Below, piece after piece: positions 21,850 through 31,385 of a DNA stretch of 64,000 nt. Source of the stretch: Diplonema japonicum. Taxonomy: Eukaryota > Protista > Euglenozoa: Diplonemea. Below the pieces are notes generated by a model. The model saw nothing but the letters and a program-made list of their open reading frames with translations. It was not told where the DNA came from and searched no databases. Each line of letters starts with the position of its first letter. Position 1 is the first letter of the stretch. Made by a program: the position numbers and the translations under genes. Location: contig OZ025757.1 of the NCBI GenBank assembly GCA_964019335.1, positions 124,001 to 188,000 on the forward strand, in the 5' to 3' direction.

Positions 21850-24630
21850 CTAAGAGCTGCCAGGAGGTGCGGTCCACTCCACCACCTCAGAGCCAGGAGT
21901 GTTCTTCACCACCTTCCCCAAGACACCATCGGTGAGCCAGTTCGCCCCTGAACCAGCAAAGGTCATTGTGACTGCATGAACCTGCCAGCCATCCCCACCC
22001 TGTGCCCTGATCCGAACCTTGCGGGGGTGCTGCAGGATCCCAGTTGCAGTCATCACATGAACACTCCCCTGGGCAGGGGCCGCCACACTCCCCACAACCT
22101 GAACACTCCCATCCCAGTACTCCACCTCAATGGGGAAGGAGTGCGACGACTCTGCATAAGTTTCCGAAGCGGTCACCACCCCCACAGTGAAGTCCATCGA
22201 GTTCAAGGCGTACATGTTGCTCCGGAAGGTCCCCCCACAGAAGGCCTCCCCGTTCCCGATGCAAGGAGCGTTGCAATCCCCACTTGCAGCCGGAGGCTTG
22301 GAGCGGATGTCCTGCGTGCACCAGCAGGTGTCTCCCTTCTGTATCCCAAAGAACTTGTAGTTCCGAACAGTGTCCCCACCACAGTACGCTGCACAGTGCT
22401 CAACTGACATCCCTGCAGAGACGTACGCCGTCCTCCCAACATTGTCCTCGAAGCACCCCACATGAGAGAAGCGGACAGAACTCTTCACAGCCATGTTCCG
22501 GTGCCCGCTGGTTGCGCAGTCCGCTGCGTTTGTTCTGACCGACTGCGCAAGTTCAGAAGCCCCGCCGCACCAACATTCGGATGTGAAGAGCGTCCCTGCA
22601 TGGGTGTGCCCGGCGGTGTTACACAGTGCAAAGCACTGCTGTGGTGTATAGGCTGCGACGCTCCTCGACTTCAGGGCACGGTAGTCGGCGAAGCATCCTA
22701 TGTCGTAGGACAGTGAGGCTGGTGCGTCGGGTCTGATAAAAAAGGTACTGAAACCGTAAAAGATGTTGCTGGGGTGAGCATTTAAAAGGGGGGGGGCACC
22801 TACAAGGAGCACACCGTGGGCCGCGTGCAGGAAAGGACGCCCGAAATATTCGACAGCGGACGCCGACCCAACAATAGTGGGCGCTAGTGGTGTGCTGATG
22901 TCACGGATCAAGACGCTGGAATCTGTCGTCACAAAGAGGTCGTCCCCGTAGATTGCCATCGCTGCAACGTCGGACAGCAGGCTTTGAACCGCCGTTTGAA
23001 CAGGAGAAGCAGGTGTGTTGACGTTGACAACAACTAAACCCGCAGCCAAGACGTACGCAGCCAACCCCGACTGCGACACCTCCACATCCCTTGCCCCAGC
23101 GATGTCAAGCTTCGCAAGAAACTTCGGCGACGACGGTTCACACACATCGAGAACCTGCAGACTGTCTCCGTCCGCAATGTAAGCGGTTGTCCCTGACACC
23201 GCCACTGCCTTCGCATCGTTTGGAGTGTTGTAACGGCCAATTCTTCGCATCACCGGGCCACCGATATCGTACATCTCAAGCCCGCGACTGCCGCAAGCGA
23301 GATACATCACATTCTCAATAATGAGAATGTTTTGAACACCCGGAAGGTGGAGCCTCTGAAGAACGTTGAAGTAAGGGAGGTTTGAAATATCGATGACGAA
23401 CACCTCAGTGGGCCCAGCGACGTAAAGGCGCAACCCGACGTTAGCCAACGACACGACCCGGTGCGCGTAAGGAAAGAAACCGTTCATTTTTCGAGAACTT
23501 GTGAAAAAATCGATCCCAAGAGAAATGCTTGCCACATAAAGGTCCTCAGAGACAACATGAACGCGAGGCGGGTTTCTGTCGGGAATCGGGAGATATGAAT
23601 CAGACAGCATTCCGTCCGGTTTTAATTTGTACATTTGGCTGTCTCTGTACAGAAAGACTCCCTTTGCTGTAGCTTGCAGACCATGGTACGGTCCACCTGT
23701 TCGAAGGTTATGTGTTACAATCAAGCTTGGTCTCGCCTCCGACAGTGAATAAACGCTTAGCCTGTTGTCGAAAAATAGAACGTAGAGCAGATTTGAAACA
23801 GGGTCTACATCGATTTCCTCAATGGTGGCGGTTGAGTCAAAAGAAGTGAGAGAACGGGTGGGCCGGTAGTTCATTCTGCCAAGGTTGCCTTGTTCGAAAA
23901 AGTGAATGGCGGAAGCGGTCCTTGTTACAATCTTGTAAGAGGAATCGTAAACACGCATTTCCGCAGCGTTCGACATCCCTTCCACACCGCCTCTGTCATC
24001 GATTATGGCGAAGGTTTGAAAACGCCAGTTGTTTGCCAATGTGGGCAGGTCGATGACGGTCATTTTCGAGCTGTCCCTTATGAAAGCATAGTTCGAGGAA
24101 AAGATTGTTTCAACCGATCCGAATGGAACAACGTCAACGTAAACCGGGGTGAACCTGTTCGAAATATCCATTATGATAACGTTTGTCGTAGCGATATACA
24201 TTGCATTTTCAGCAATGGCTACACTTTTCGGTGAGCTTCCAACGGAGTTGAGTTCTGTGTACCCTTTCAGGATTAAGTTGCTTGGGTCGGTACGGTCAAG
24301 TGCGTAAACGTGACGCGATCCAATCATGTATAAAGTATCGTTCCCAAACAGCTCCACCAGTAAAATTCTCTCTTCAAGCCCAGTGAACCTTTTGTATCCA
24401 CCCACCACCACAGGTTTGTCGGCATCCGTCATATCGTAAACAACAATTCCCTGCCACGTCACGGCATAGCCGATGTTCCCATCGATCTTCATTCTTCCCT
24501 CGGGACCCCTGTAACGCTCAGCGATCTGCTGGCCTTCGAAAAGCCTCGTGGAAGCATGCGCGAGATTGTTCGCCAACACAGCGCAACAGAAGAGGAACAC
24601 CCGTTGCAGTTTGCAAAAATGGAGCGTCAT
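21850..24630 (-). CDS. Secreted LVIVD-repeat / 2xWSC / PLAT-like protein, array copy 1 (subfamily A)
   Basis: 926 aa with a signal peptide. LVIVD-type repeats (GTTAYIADGDSLQVLDVCEPSSPKFL). WSC motifs IGCFAD..QQCFALC..ECWCG and VGCFED..MSVEHCAAYC..CWC..CNAPCIGNGEAFCGG. PLAT-like FTVGVVTAS..GGDGWQV. Confidence 0.85.
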   Translation of the reverse strand: MTLHFCKLQRVFLFCCAVLANNLAHASTRLFEGQQIAERYRGPEGRMKIDGNIGYAVTWQGIVVYDMTDADKPVVVGGYKRFTGLEERILLVELFGNDTLYMIGSRHVYALDRTDPSNLILKGYTELNSVGSSPKSVAIAENAMYIATTNVIIMDISNRFTPVYVDVVPFGSVETIFSSNYAFIRDSSKMTVIDLPTLANNWRFQTFAIIDDRGGVEGMSNAAEMRVYDSSYKIVTRTASAIHFFEQGNLGRMNYRPTRSLTSFDSTATIEEIDVDPVSNLLYVLFFDNRLSVYSLSEARPSLIVTHNLRTGGPYHGLQATAKGVFLYRDSQMYKLKPDGMLSDSYLPIPDRNPPRVHVVSEDLYVASISLGIDFFTSSRKMNGFFPYAHRVVSLANVGLRLYVAGPTEVFVIDISNLPYFNVLQRLHLPGVQNILIIENVMYLACGSRGLEMYDIGGPVMRRIGRYNTPNDAKAVAVSGTTAYIADGDSLQVLDVCEPSSPKFLAKLDIAGARDVEVSQSGLAAYVLAAGLVVVNVNTPASPVQTAVQSLLSDVAAMAIYGDDLFVTTDSSVLIRDISTPLAPTIVGSASAVEYFGRPFLHAAHGVLLVGAPPLLNAHPSNIFYGFSTFFIRPDAPASLSYDIGCFADYRALKSRSVAAYTPQQCFALCNTAGHTHAGTLFTSECWCGGASELAQSVRTNAADCATSGHRNMAVKSSVRFSHVGCFEDNVGRTAYVSAGMSVEHCAAYCGGDTVRNYKFFGIQKGDTCWCTQDIRSKPPAASGDCNAPCIGNGEAFCGGTFRSNMYALNSMDFTVGVVTASETYAESSHSFPIEVEYWDGSVQVVGSVAAPAQGSVHVMTATGILQHPRKVRIRAQGGDGWQVHAVTMTFAGSGANWLTDGVLGKVVKNTPGSEVVEWTAPPGSS

Positions 24631-24772
24631 TTTTTTTTTTTTTTTTTTTTTTCTTTTTTTTTTTTTTTTTCCTTTTTTTTTTAATTGAGGGATGGGGGGG
24701 GAAGAAAAAAAAACTTTTTCTTGAATTGAATCAAAGAGTATCTATGAACCCGGCCAGGCTAGAAGAGAGATA

Positions 24773-24804
<32 letters not shown>

Positions 24805-24976
24805 GGAACAACACACAGACACGGACACATCTCGCGACTCCTCAAGGTGCGGGTGAAGGGGGCACCTCAGCGGAAACTGTTCCTGACCACCACCGGTTTA
24901 AAAAAAAAAAAAAAAAAAATGTTATTGTTAATGACAACATGTCTTTTTGTTGGTAAAAAGCAGCGAAAGTTATTAT

Positions 24977-25030
<54 letters not shown>

Positions 25031-25031
<1 letters not shown>

Positions 25032-25096
25032 TTGCTTGACACAAGTTTGCATATAGTTATAAAATCATTTTTTTTTTGAAAGATACATATTTGTAA
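25031..25096. repeat. R1 partial copy
   Basis: ACAAGTTTGCATATAGTTATAAAATCATTTT..GAAAGATACATATTTGTAA matches the right half of R1. Confidence 0.75.
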
Positions 25097-26503
25097 GAAA
25101 AAAAAAAAAAAAAGAAAAGAAAGAGAAGCTTTCGTTCGACTATGCCAAATGTAAAATTAGAACACAAACCCGCACTCATACGAATGAGCAGTTTACCTAA
25201 AGGAACAACGGAGAAAAAAAAAGGGGGGGGGGAGAAAGGAGCAACCCGTGCCGTTTTTTCGGCTGTGTAAATTTGACCCATTGCGTGCCAAAGCGACGCG
25301 CCTTCCTATGGAATTACGAGGTCCCCCCCCCCCCCCGTTTCGTTTCTTCTTTTTTCTGAGCCCAATTGTGGAACGGTATGGCATAATAGGTATAAAACCC
25401 CTTATCACCAGAGAGAGAGAGAGAGAGAGAAAGAGGATTCAGATAAATAAAAGTTGTCTCGATTTTAGTGGTGCCATGCAGTATGTGACACAGCGGCCAC
25501 CCTTGTGAAACTTCGCCCCGAAGCCTCCCAAGTCCCCTGTGGTCCCGTAGAAAGTAAAAGTGGAGAGGTAAAGAAAGCTTGGAAATTGAAATAGGGAGAG
25601 GGGCCACAGAAGCAATTAAACACCAACTGGAGAGAATGTTGTGGGAGGCTTGCTTCACTGGCACGATGCCGCGGGGAGGCTACTTGCCTGACCTGGTGAA
25701 GCCACCTCCTTGTTCGATGTAATGGGATAAGGGGCTCTCCGTTGAGGGCGATGCTAACTGGCGCCACGCGTAGGGTGGGCTCTCCACCCCCGTCCAGGTT
25801 TCCCCACGTGTGCGGCTTTAGAACGAGAGTTTCCCTTTCGCTTGTGTTTCTCCAAACCACAATTACCAGGAACCACCACAGGGAGGTTGGAAACATTGGT
25901 CCCCATAAAAAAAAATATACTGTAAGGCGAAAAAATTCTGGAGAGAAAAAATGCTGGCACCTTGGCTCTCGCTTCGTGCAAGGATACAGGCAATATTCCT
26001 CGCTTCCTGTAAGGGCATAATTGATGACCCCATCCTGCTGATGGTTGATGGCCTTAACTTCAATATTACGGATCCCTTCTTGAAGATAGTATTCACCCCA
26101 TGAGCCCCTCAGCAAGAGTCGGCTGATTATTGTTTGTTCACAGCCGGGGTTCTACCAATTCATTATCAATACAACCAATGGAGAAAAATGCCTGGATAAT
26201 TCTTTCTTTTTTTTTTCCCCCCCCCGTTTTTACAGTAGTAATAATGAAAAAAAAACCCCCCTGTTCCGTTTTTTTGTTGGGGGGGGGTTTCCCCGGTCAA
26301 GGTGCTCGCCCACAAGGTTTGCCTTTATCCTTGCTTCCGCAGAGCACAACCTTGCACAGACTTGTCTCTGCCCCGGCAGAAGAAATTCTTACTCGGCACA
26401 TACAAGTTTATTTATTCACTATTAGCCATTACTTACATTAAAGAGGAGACAAGAAAGATAAGAAACAAATGAGGGAGAGAGAGAGAGAGAGGATTTTTTT
26501 TAT

Positions 26504-27208
26504 TTTTATTTCACTCTTCAGAAATTACTTCACGCACTGGGGGGGCCCATTACTTCACGCTAAATCTCATTACTTCACGCTAAATCTCATTACTTCACGG
26601 TGAAATAATGGCCTGTTTTCCGTGAAGTAATAGGGGGTTTCCGTTAAATAATATGCCTCGGTAGGCCAATTTTTGCCTCGGTTCGGTTCCCAGTGGGGCT
26701 ACTTTTTCCTCTCAGTTTGCTATTTCCCCCCAGGTTCAGCTCAATTGGCCAACTTTTGCCTCGGCTCAGTTCCAAGTTGGATTACTTTTTCCTCCCAATT
26801 TGCCCACTTTTGGCTAGGCCTTGTTCCCAGTTTCTGGGGGTAACTCTTCTGTGGGTAAGGGTAACTTAGTCAGCTTACCTAAGCACCCCAAAAGACTTCA
26901 AAATACCGAAGCAGCAGAAAAAAAGGAGCCAGCGGCCGCGCTAGGTATGGGAAGGCCTGATTAGAGATGGTGACAGTGGCAATGCCAGCGACAGCGGCAG
27001 CTCTTAGTCAACAAAAGGAGGAAAAACAACTTGTATTGTAACCTTTGTAACCCCTCTCTTGTTGTACCCCTTGTCACCCTGTTGTGCCCCTCGTGGTGAA
27101 GTAATTTCAGAGTGTCGTGAAATAAAACCACTTACCTACCGCCAAGTAATGCTTTACCGACCTCGAGGTAACGGTAAAGTCATTACTTGTTGGCAGTAAA
27201 TAGCTATT
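26504..27208. mobile_element. R3-related element (second subfamily) with internal 20-bp minisatellite
   Basis: IRs TTTTATTTCACTCTTCAGAAATTACTTCAC and GTGAAGTAATTTCAGAGTGTCGTGAAATAAAA. Tandem CATTACTTCACGCTAAATCT x2.6 at 26548-26599. Ends TTGGCAGTAAATAGCTATT. Confidence 0.6.
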
Positions 27209-27385
27209 CTTTTCGAGCGTTTTTCTTCTAGTTGTTTTTGTCTTGTAAGCAAATACAAAAAAAAAAATGCTGTAATTGCTGTCTGGAATTTGTCAGCGCC
27301 CCGTAGTCAGTGACCAGGGACATTTGCCAGTTTCATTATTCTCAACATTATTCACATTTACAGCATTTGTTTTAAAATAAATAAA

Positions 27386-27520
27386 ATAATTCTTTATGAC
27401 TATATGTCTTTGTTGTTCGCACGAGCAAAAAGGGTACTTTAAAAGCTGCGAAAGTTTTTTGCTCGGCACAAGTTGCATATAGTTATAAAATCATTTCTTG
27501 AAAGATAAATATTTGTAACA
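27386..27520. repeat. R1 palindromic repeat copy
   Basis: Near-identical to 6040-6172 apart from loop changes. Confidence 0.85.
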
Positions 27521-27714
27521 AAAAAAAAAAAGAGACATTTAAAATATTTATTCGTTTTCGTTTCATTTTCTTTTCTTCTTTTTGATAGAGCCTTTTGAAG
27601 TTCACCTTGGAGCATCCCCCACGTCTTTTGTTTTTGGACATTCCTTTTCCTTTTTCTTTTTTTCTTTTCTTTTTTTTTTATTTCAAACACCTGCAAGCCA
27701 CCCAAGCACGTAAT

Positions 27715-30489
27715 CTAAGAGCTGCCAGGAGGTGCGGTCCACTCCACCACCTCAGAGCCAGGGGTGTTCTTCACCACCTTCCCCAAGACACCATCGGTGA
27801 GCCAGTTCGCCCCTGAACCAGCAAAGGTCATTGTGACTGCATGAACCTTCCAGCCATCCCCACCCTGTGCCCTGATCCGAACCTTGCGGGGGTGCTGCAG
27901 GATCCCAGTTGCAGTCATCACATGAACACTCCCCTGGGCAGGGGCCGCCACACTCCCCACAACCTGAACACTCCCATCCCAGTACTCCACCTCAATGGGG
28001 TAGGTGTGTTGCGACTCTGCATTGGTTTCCGAAGCGGTCACCACCCCCACAGTGAAGTCCATCGAGTTCAAGGCGTACATGTTGCTCCGGAAGGTCCCCC
28101 CACAGAAGGCCTCCCCGTTCCCGATGCAAGGAGCGTTGCAATCCCCACTTGCAGCCGGAGGCTTGGAGCGGATGTCCTGCGTGCACCAGCAGGTGTCTCC
28201 CTTCTGTATCCCAAAGAACTTGTAGTTCCGAACAGTGTCCCCACCACAGTACGCTGCACAGTGCTCAACTGACATCCCTGCAGAGACGTACGCCGTCCTC
28301 CCAACATTGTCCTCGAAGCACCCCACATGAGAGAAGCGGACAGAACTCTTCACAGCCATGTTCCGGTGCCCGCTGGTTGCGCAGTCCGCTGCGTTTGTTC
28401 TGACCGACCTAGAAATTTCAGAACCCCTGCCGCACCAACATTCGGATGTGAAGAGCGTCCCTGCATGGGTGTGCCCGGCGGTGTTACACAGTGCAAAGCA
28501 CTGCTGTGGTGTATAGGCTGCGACACGCCTTGACTTCAAGGCACGGTAGTCGGCGAAGCATCCTATGTCGTAGGACAGTGAGGCTGGTGCGTCGGGTGAT
28601 ATGGTGAACCAGGCGAACTGCTTCTCTTTGTAAGTAGAGGTGGGGTACCCAGCTGCAAGGAGCACACCGTGGGCCGCGTGCAGGAAGGGACGCCCGATAA
28701 ATGTGGCATCGGCTGGCTCCGACCCAACAATAGTGGGCGCTAGTGGTGTGCTGATGTCACGGATCAAGACGCTGGAATCTGTCGTCACAAAGAGGTCGTC
28801 CCCGTAGATTGCCATCGCTGCAACGTCGGACAGCAGGCTTTGAACCGCCGTTTGAACAGGAGAAGCAGGTGTGTTGACGTTGACAACAACTAAACCCGCA
28901 GCCAAGACGTACGCAGCCAACCCCGACTGCGACACCTCCACATCCCTTGCCCCAGCGATGTCAAGCTTCGCAAGAAACTTCGGCGACGACGGTTCACACA
29001 CATCGAGAACCTGCAGACTGTCTCCGTCCGCAATGTAAGCGGTTGTCCCTGACACCGCCACTGCCTTCGCATCGTTTGGAGTGTTGTAACTCCCGATCTT
29101 GCGTATCATTGGACCACCGATATCATACATCTCAAGCCCGCGACTGCCGCAAGCGAGATACATCACATTCTTAATAACGAGAATGTTTTGAACACCCGGA
29201 AGACGGATCCTCTGAAGAACGTTGAAGTAAGGGAGGTTTGAAATATCGATGACGAACACCTCAGTGGGCCCAGCGACGTAAAGGTGCGACTCGAAGCTTG
29301 CCAACGACATGACTGGTTCCAAATAAGGATAGAACCCGCGCCGACTGCTGCCACCATATAAATCGATACCAAGGGAGATACTTGCTGCAAAAAGGCTCTC
29401 AGAGATGACATGAACCCGCGGCAGGTGTTTGCCGGGAAGCGGGAGATGAGAATCGGACAGCTGTCCGTTCGGCTTCAACCAGAACAGAACCTCATGCGAA
29501 GTCAAAAAGATCCCTTTTGACGTGACGTGCAGACTATGGTATCCCCAGCCTTGCCTAAGGGTATACGTTTCCACAAGTTTTTGGATACCTTCCCCAACAG
29601 AAAAAACGTGGATGAGATTATCCTGCAACACGTAAAGACGGTTTGTAACGCGGTCCAGACCCATGTCGATGACGGCCCCCTCCAGTTCGTAATAACCAGA
29701 GTTTTCGTATTCAAGGTGCAAGTACGTGTGGAAGAAGTTTAATTCGTGTGAGTTTGAAAGAACGAGAGATGCACCGGAGTTATAAACAATTATTACGTCA
29801 GCGTAATTCGCCCCGGGCGACTCGGGCCGGTCCGCGCTTATTGACCACCTGAACTCGAGCTCAAAAGGGTCAGATGCAGGTAAGTAGAAGATCGATATCC
29901 CCCGAGCGTTAGACGAATAAATGTAAGAATTTGCTTCTGAGAAAACGGCGGTTCTCATCGTGGTTCCACTTTCACTGTGCGCCCCTACAAAAACAGGGTT
30001 ATACCTGTCGGTGATGTCCATTTTAAGAAATCCGCTGTACCGCTGCGAACCAGGTGGGGGAGCGTACAGCGACCCTATGTACAAAGCATTGCCCGCGATA
30101 AATACGGAATACGCTGCGTAAACTTCGTCATACGGGTCCTGTCGTCTGCCGGACCCTTTTAGGACCAGCTTGCTTGGGTCGGTGCGGTCCAGTACATAAA
30201 CGTTTTCTGTCGCAATCAGGTACAACAGGTTATCGTCAAGGAGCTCTACTGCAAAACCGCGTTCCCTGTAACCTGCCGCCCACCCGCTTATCAGAACAGG
30301 GCTGTTGGTGTCTGTCAGGTTGTACACGAGAATACCCTGCCATGCTGCAACGTAGCCTATAGAACCTTCCACTTTTATATCCCATGCCTGTGAGTAAGAT
30401 TGCGAAATTTGGCCCCCGATTAGCCTCGTCGCAGCGTGGACGGTGTTGCCCGCTTGCAGGACGCAGGACAGGATCAACAGGAGCTTCAT
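27715..30489 (-). CDS. Secreted LVIVD/2xWSC/PLAT-like protein, copy 2 (subfamily A)
   Basis: True ATG at 30489 (MKLLLILSCVLQAG), after a poly-A leader. Same architecture as copy 1; ends TAPPGSS. Confidence 0.85.
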   Translation of the reverse strand: MKLLLILSCVLQAGNTVHAATRLIGGQISQSYSQAWDIKVEGSIGYVAAWQGILVYNLTDTNSPVLISGWAAGYRERGFAVELLDDNLLYLIATENVYVLDRTDPSKLVLKGSGRRQDPYDEVYAAYSVFIAGNALYIGSLYAPPPGSQRYSGFLKMDITDRYNPVFVGAHSESGTTMRTAVFSEANSYIYSSNARGISIFYLPASDPFELEFRWSISADRPESPGANYADVIIVYNSGASLVLSNSHELNFFHTYLHLEYENSGYYELEGAVIDMGLDRVTNRLYVLQDNLIHVFSVGEGIQKLVETYTLRQGWGYHSLHVTSKGIFLTSHEVLFWLKPNGQLSDSHLPLPGKHLPRVHVISESLFAASISLGIDLYGGSSRRGFYPYLEPVMSLASFESHLYVAGPTEVFVIDISNLPYFNVLQRIRLPGVQNILVIKNVMYLACGSRGLEMYDIGGPMIRKIGSYNTPNDAKAVAVSGTTAYIADGDSLQVLDVCEPSSPKFLAKLDIAGARDVEVSQSGLAAYVLAAGLVVVNVNTPASPVQTAVQSLLSDVAAMAIYGDDLFVTTDSSVLIRDISTPLAPTIVGSEPADATFIGRPFLHAAHGVLLAAGYPTSTYKEKQFAWFTISPDAPASLSYDIGCFADYRALKSRRVAAYTPQQCFALCNTAGHTHAGTLFTSECWCGRGSEISRSVRTNAADCATSGHRNMAVKSSVRFSHVGCFEDNVGRTAYVSAGMSVEHCAAYCGGDTVRNYKFFGIQKGDTCWCTQDIRSKPPAASGDCNAPCIGNGEAFCGGTFRSNMYALNSMDFTVGVVTASETNAESQHTYPIEVEYWDGSVQVVGSVAAPAQGSVHVMTATGILQHPRKVRIRAQGGDGWKVHAVTMTFAGSGANWLTDGVLGKVVKNTPGSEVVEWTAPPGSS

Positions 30490-31385
30490 TTTTTTTTTTT
30501 TTTTTTTTTTACAGCCTGTAGAAACTAAGAGGAATAGGATGGCGGGTGGGGGGGGGGGAGTTTTTTTTGCATTTTTTTTGTAATATTGCAGAGCCAAATA
30601 AAAGAAAAGAATCCTTTTAAAAAAAAAAAGAGAGAGGGTAGAAAAGAGGTGAGGGACGTTACCTCTCCTCCACTCGAATACCCTCTTTTTTTTGGGGGGG
30701 GGGGAGGTGGGGGGGGGCAATTCACTCAATACCCAAAAAAAGTTTTGAAATTTTGGGATTCATCCGCCAACTATCATTGAAAATAGTCTTTTTTTTTTTT
30801 TAAAATTTGAGGCTGCCCTCAGGTGAGATTTGTCTTTTCCTTTGAGCTTTTCTTTTTTCCCTATTAAGTGAATTACCTCTTTTCCCCCTAGATTGAGACA
30901 AAAGAAAGCGGAGACATTCAAAGGGAGAGGGGGGGGGGGGGGGGAAGTTTTTTGTGCTCACGAGCGGTATTTTTCCTAATAAAATATCTCATTTGCATTG
31001 TTAAAAAAAGAAAAATTGTAAAGTCCTACAGGTATATGCACCAGCACAAAACCGAGCACATGGGCAACAGTGAAAAGATGATAAGGAGGCCGTTGTCTCT
31101 ACCTATCTTTGAAAACCATGTGGAAAAAAAAAAAAAGGTGCAGGCAACTGTGTTGAAAACATTGATGGTAGGCACGTATCGAGAAACCTACCACAAACTG
31201 AGCCTATTGAAAATAAAAATAGAAAAAAAATACGTTACAAAAGGTAAAACATGCAACAACTCACAACCCCATGTAAGCCCCTTGCTAAGGAGGAGCGAGT
31301 CGCCGTGAATTCCATTTTTAAAGGACGATGGCAAGTACCAGTACTCTTGAACATCTATCACTTTTTCTTTTTTTTTTGTTCCGCT

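Noticed and set aside
21976-22407. 143-aa plus-strand ORF (MNLPAIPTL..) recurring in several array copies, and other repeated overlapping ORFs
   Set aside because: Antisense or alternate-frame shadows of the homogenised GC-rich tail. Recurrence follows from DNA identity, and the ORF is truncated or absent in copies 4 and 5.
25465-26115. 216-aa minus ORF and GC-rich block between copies 1 and 2
   Set aside because: Non-ATG start, no recognisable motif and interrupted by low-complexity sequence. It may be a relic, but I cannot support a call.
26548-26599. Direct repeats considered as CRISPR-like
   Set aside because: A contiguous 20-bp tandem unit with no unique spacers, in a eukaryotic context with no cas genes.
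30490-30729. N-terminal ORF extensions rich in K/F/P/G runs (also 8011-8379, 10750-11031, 14607-14870, 42151-42300)
   Set aside because: Translations of intergenic homopolymers. Downstream ATGs give proper signal peptides or family starts.
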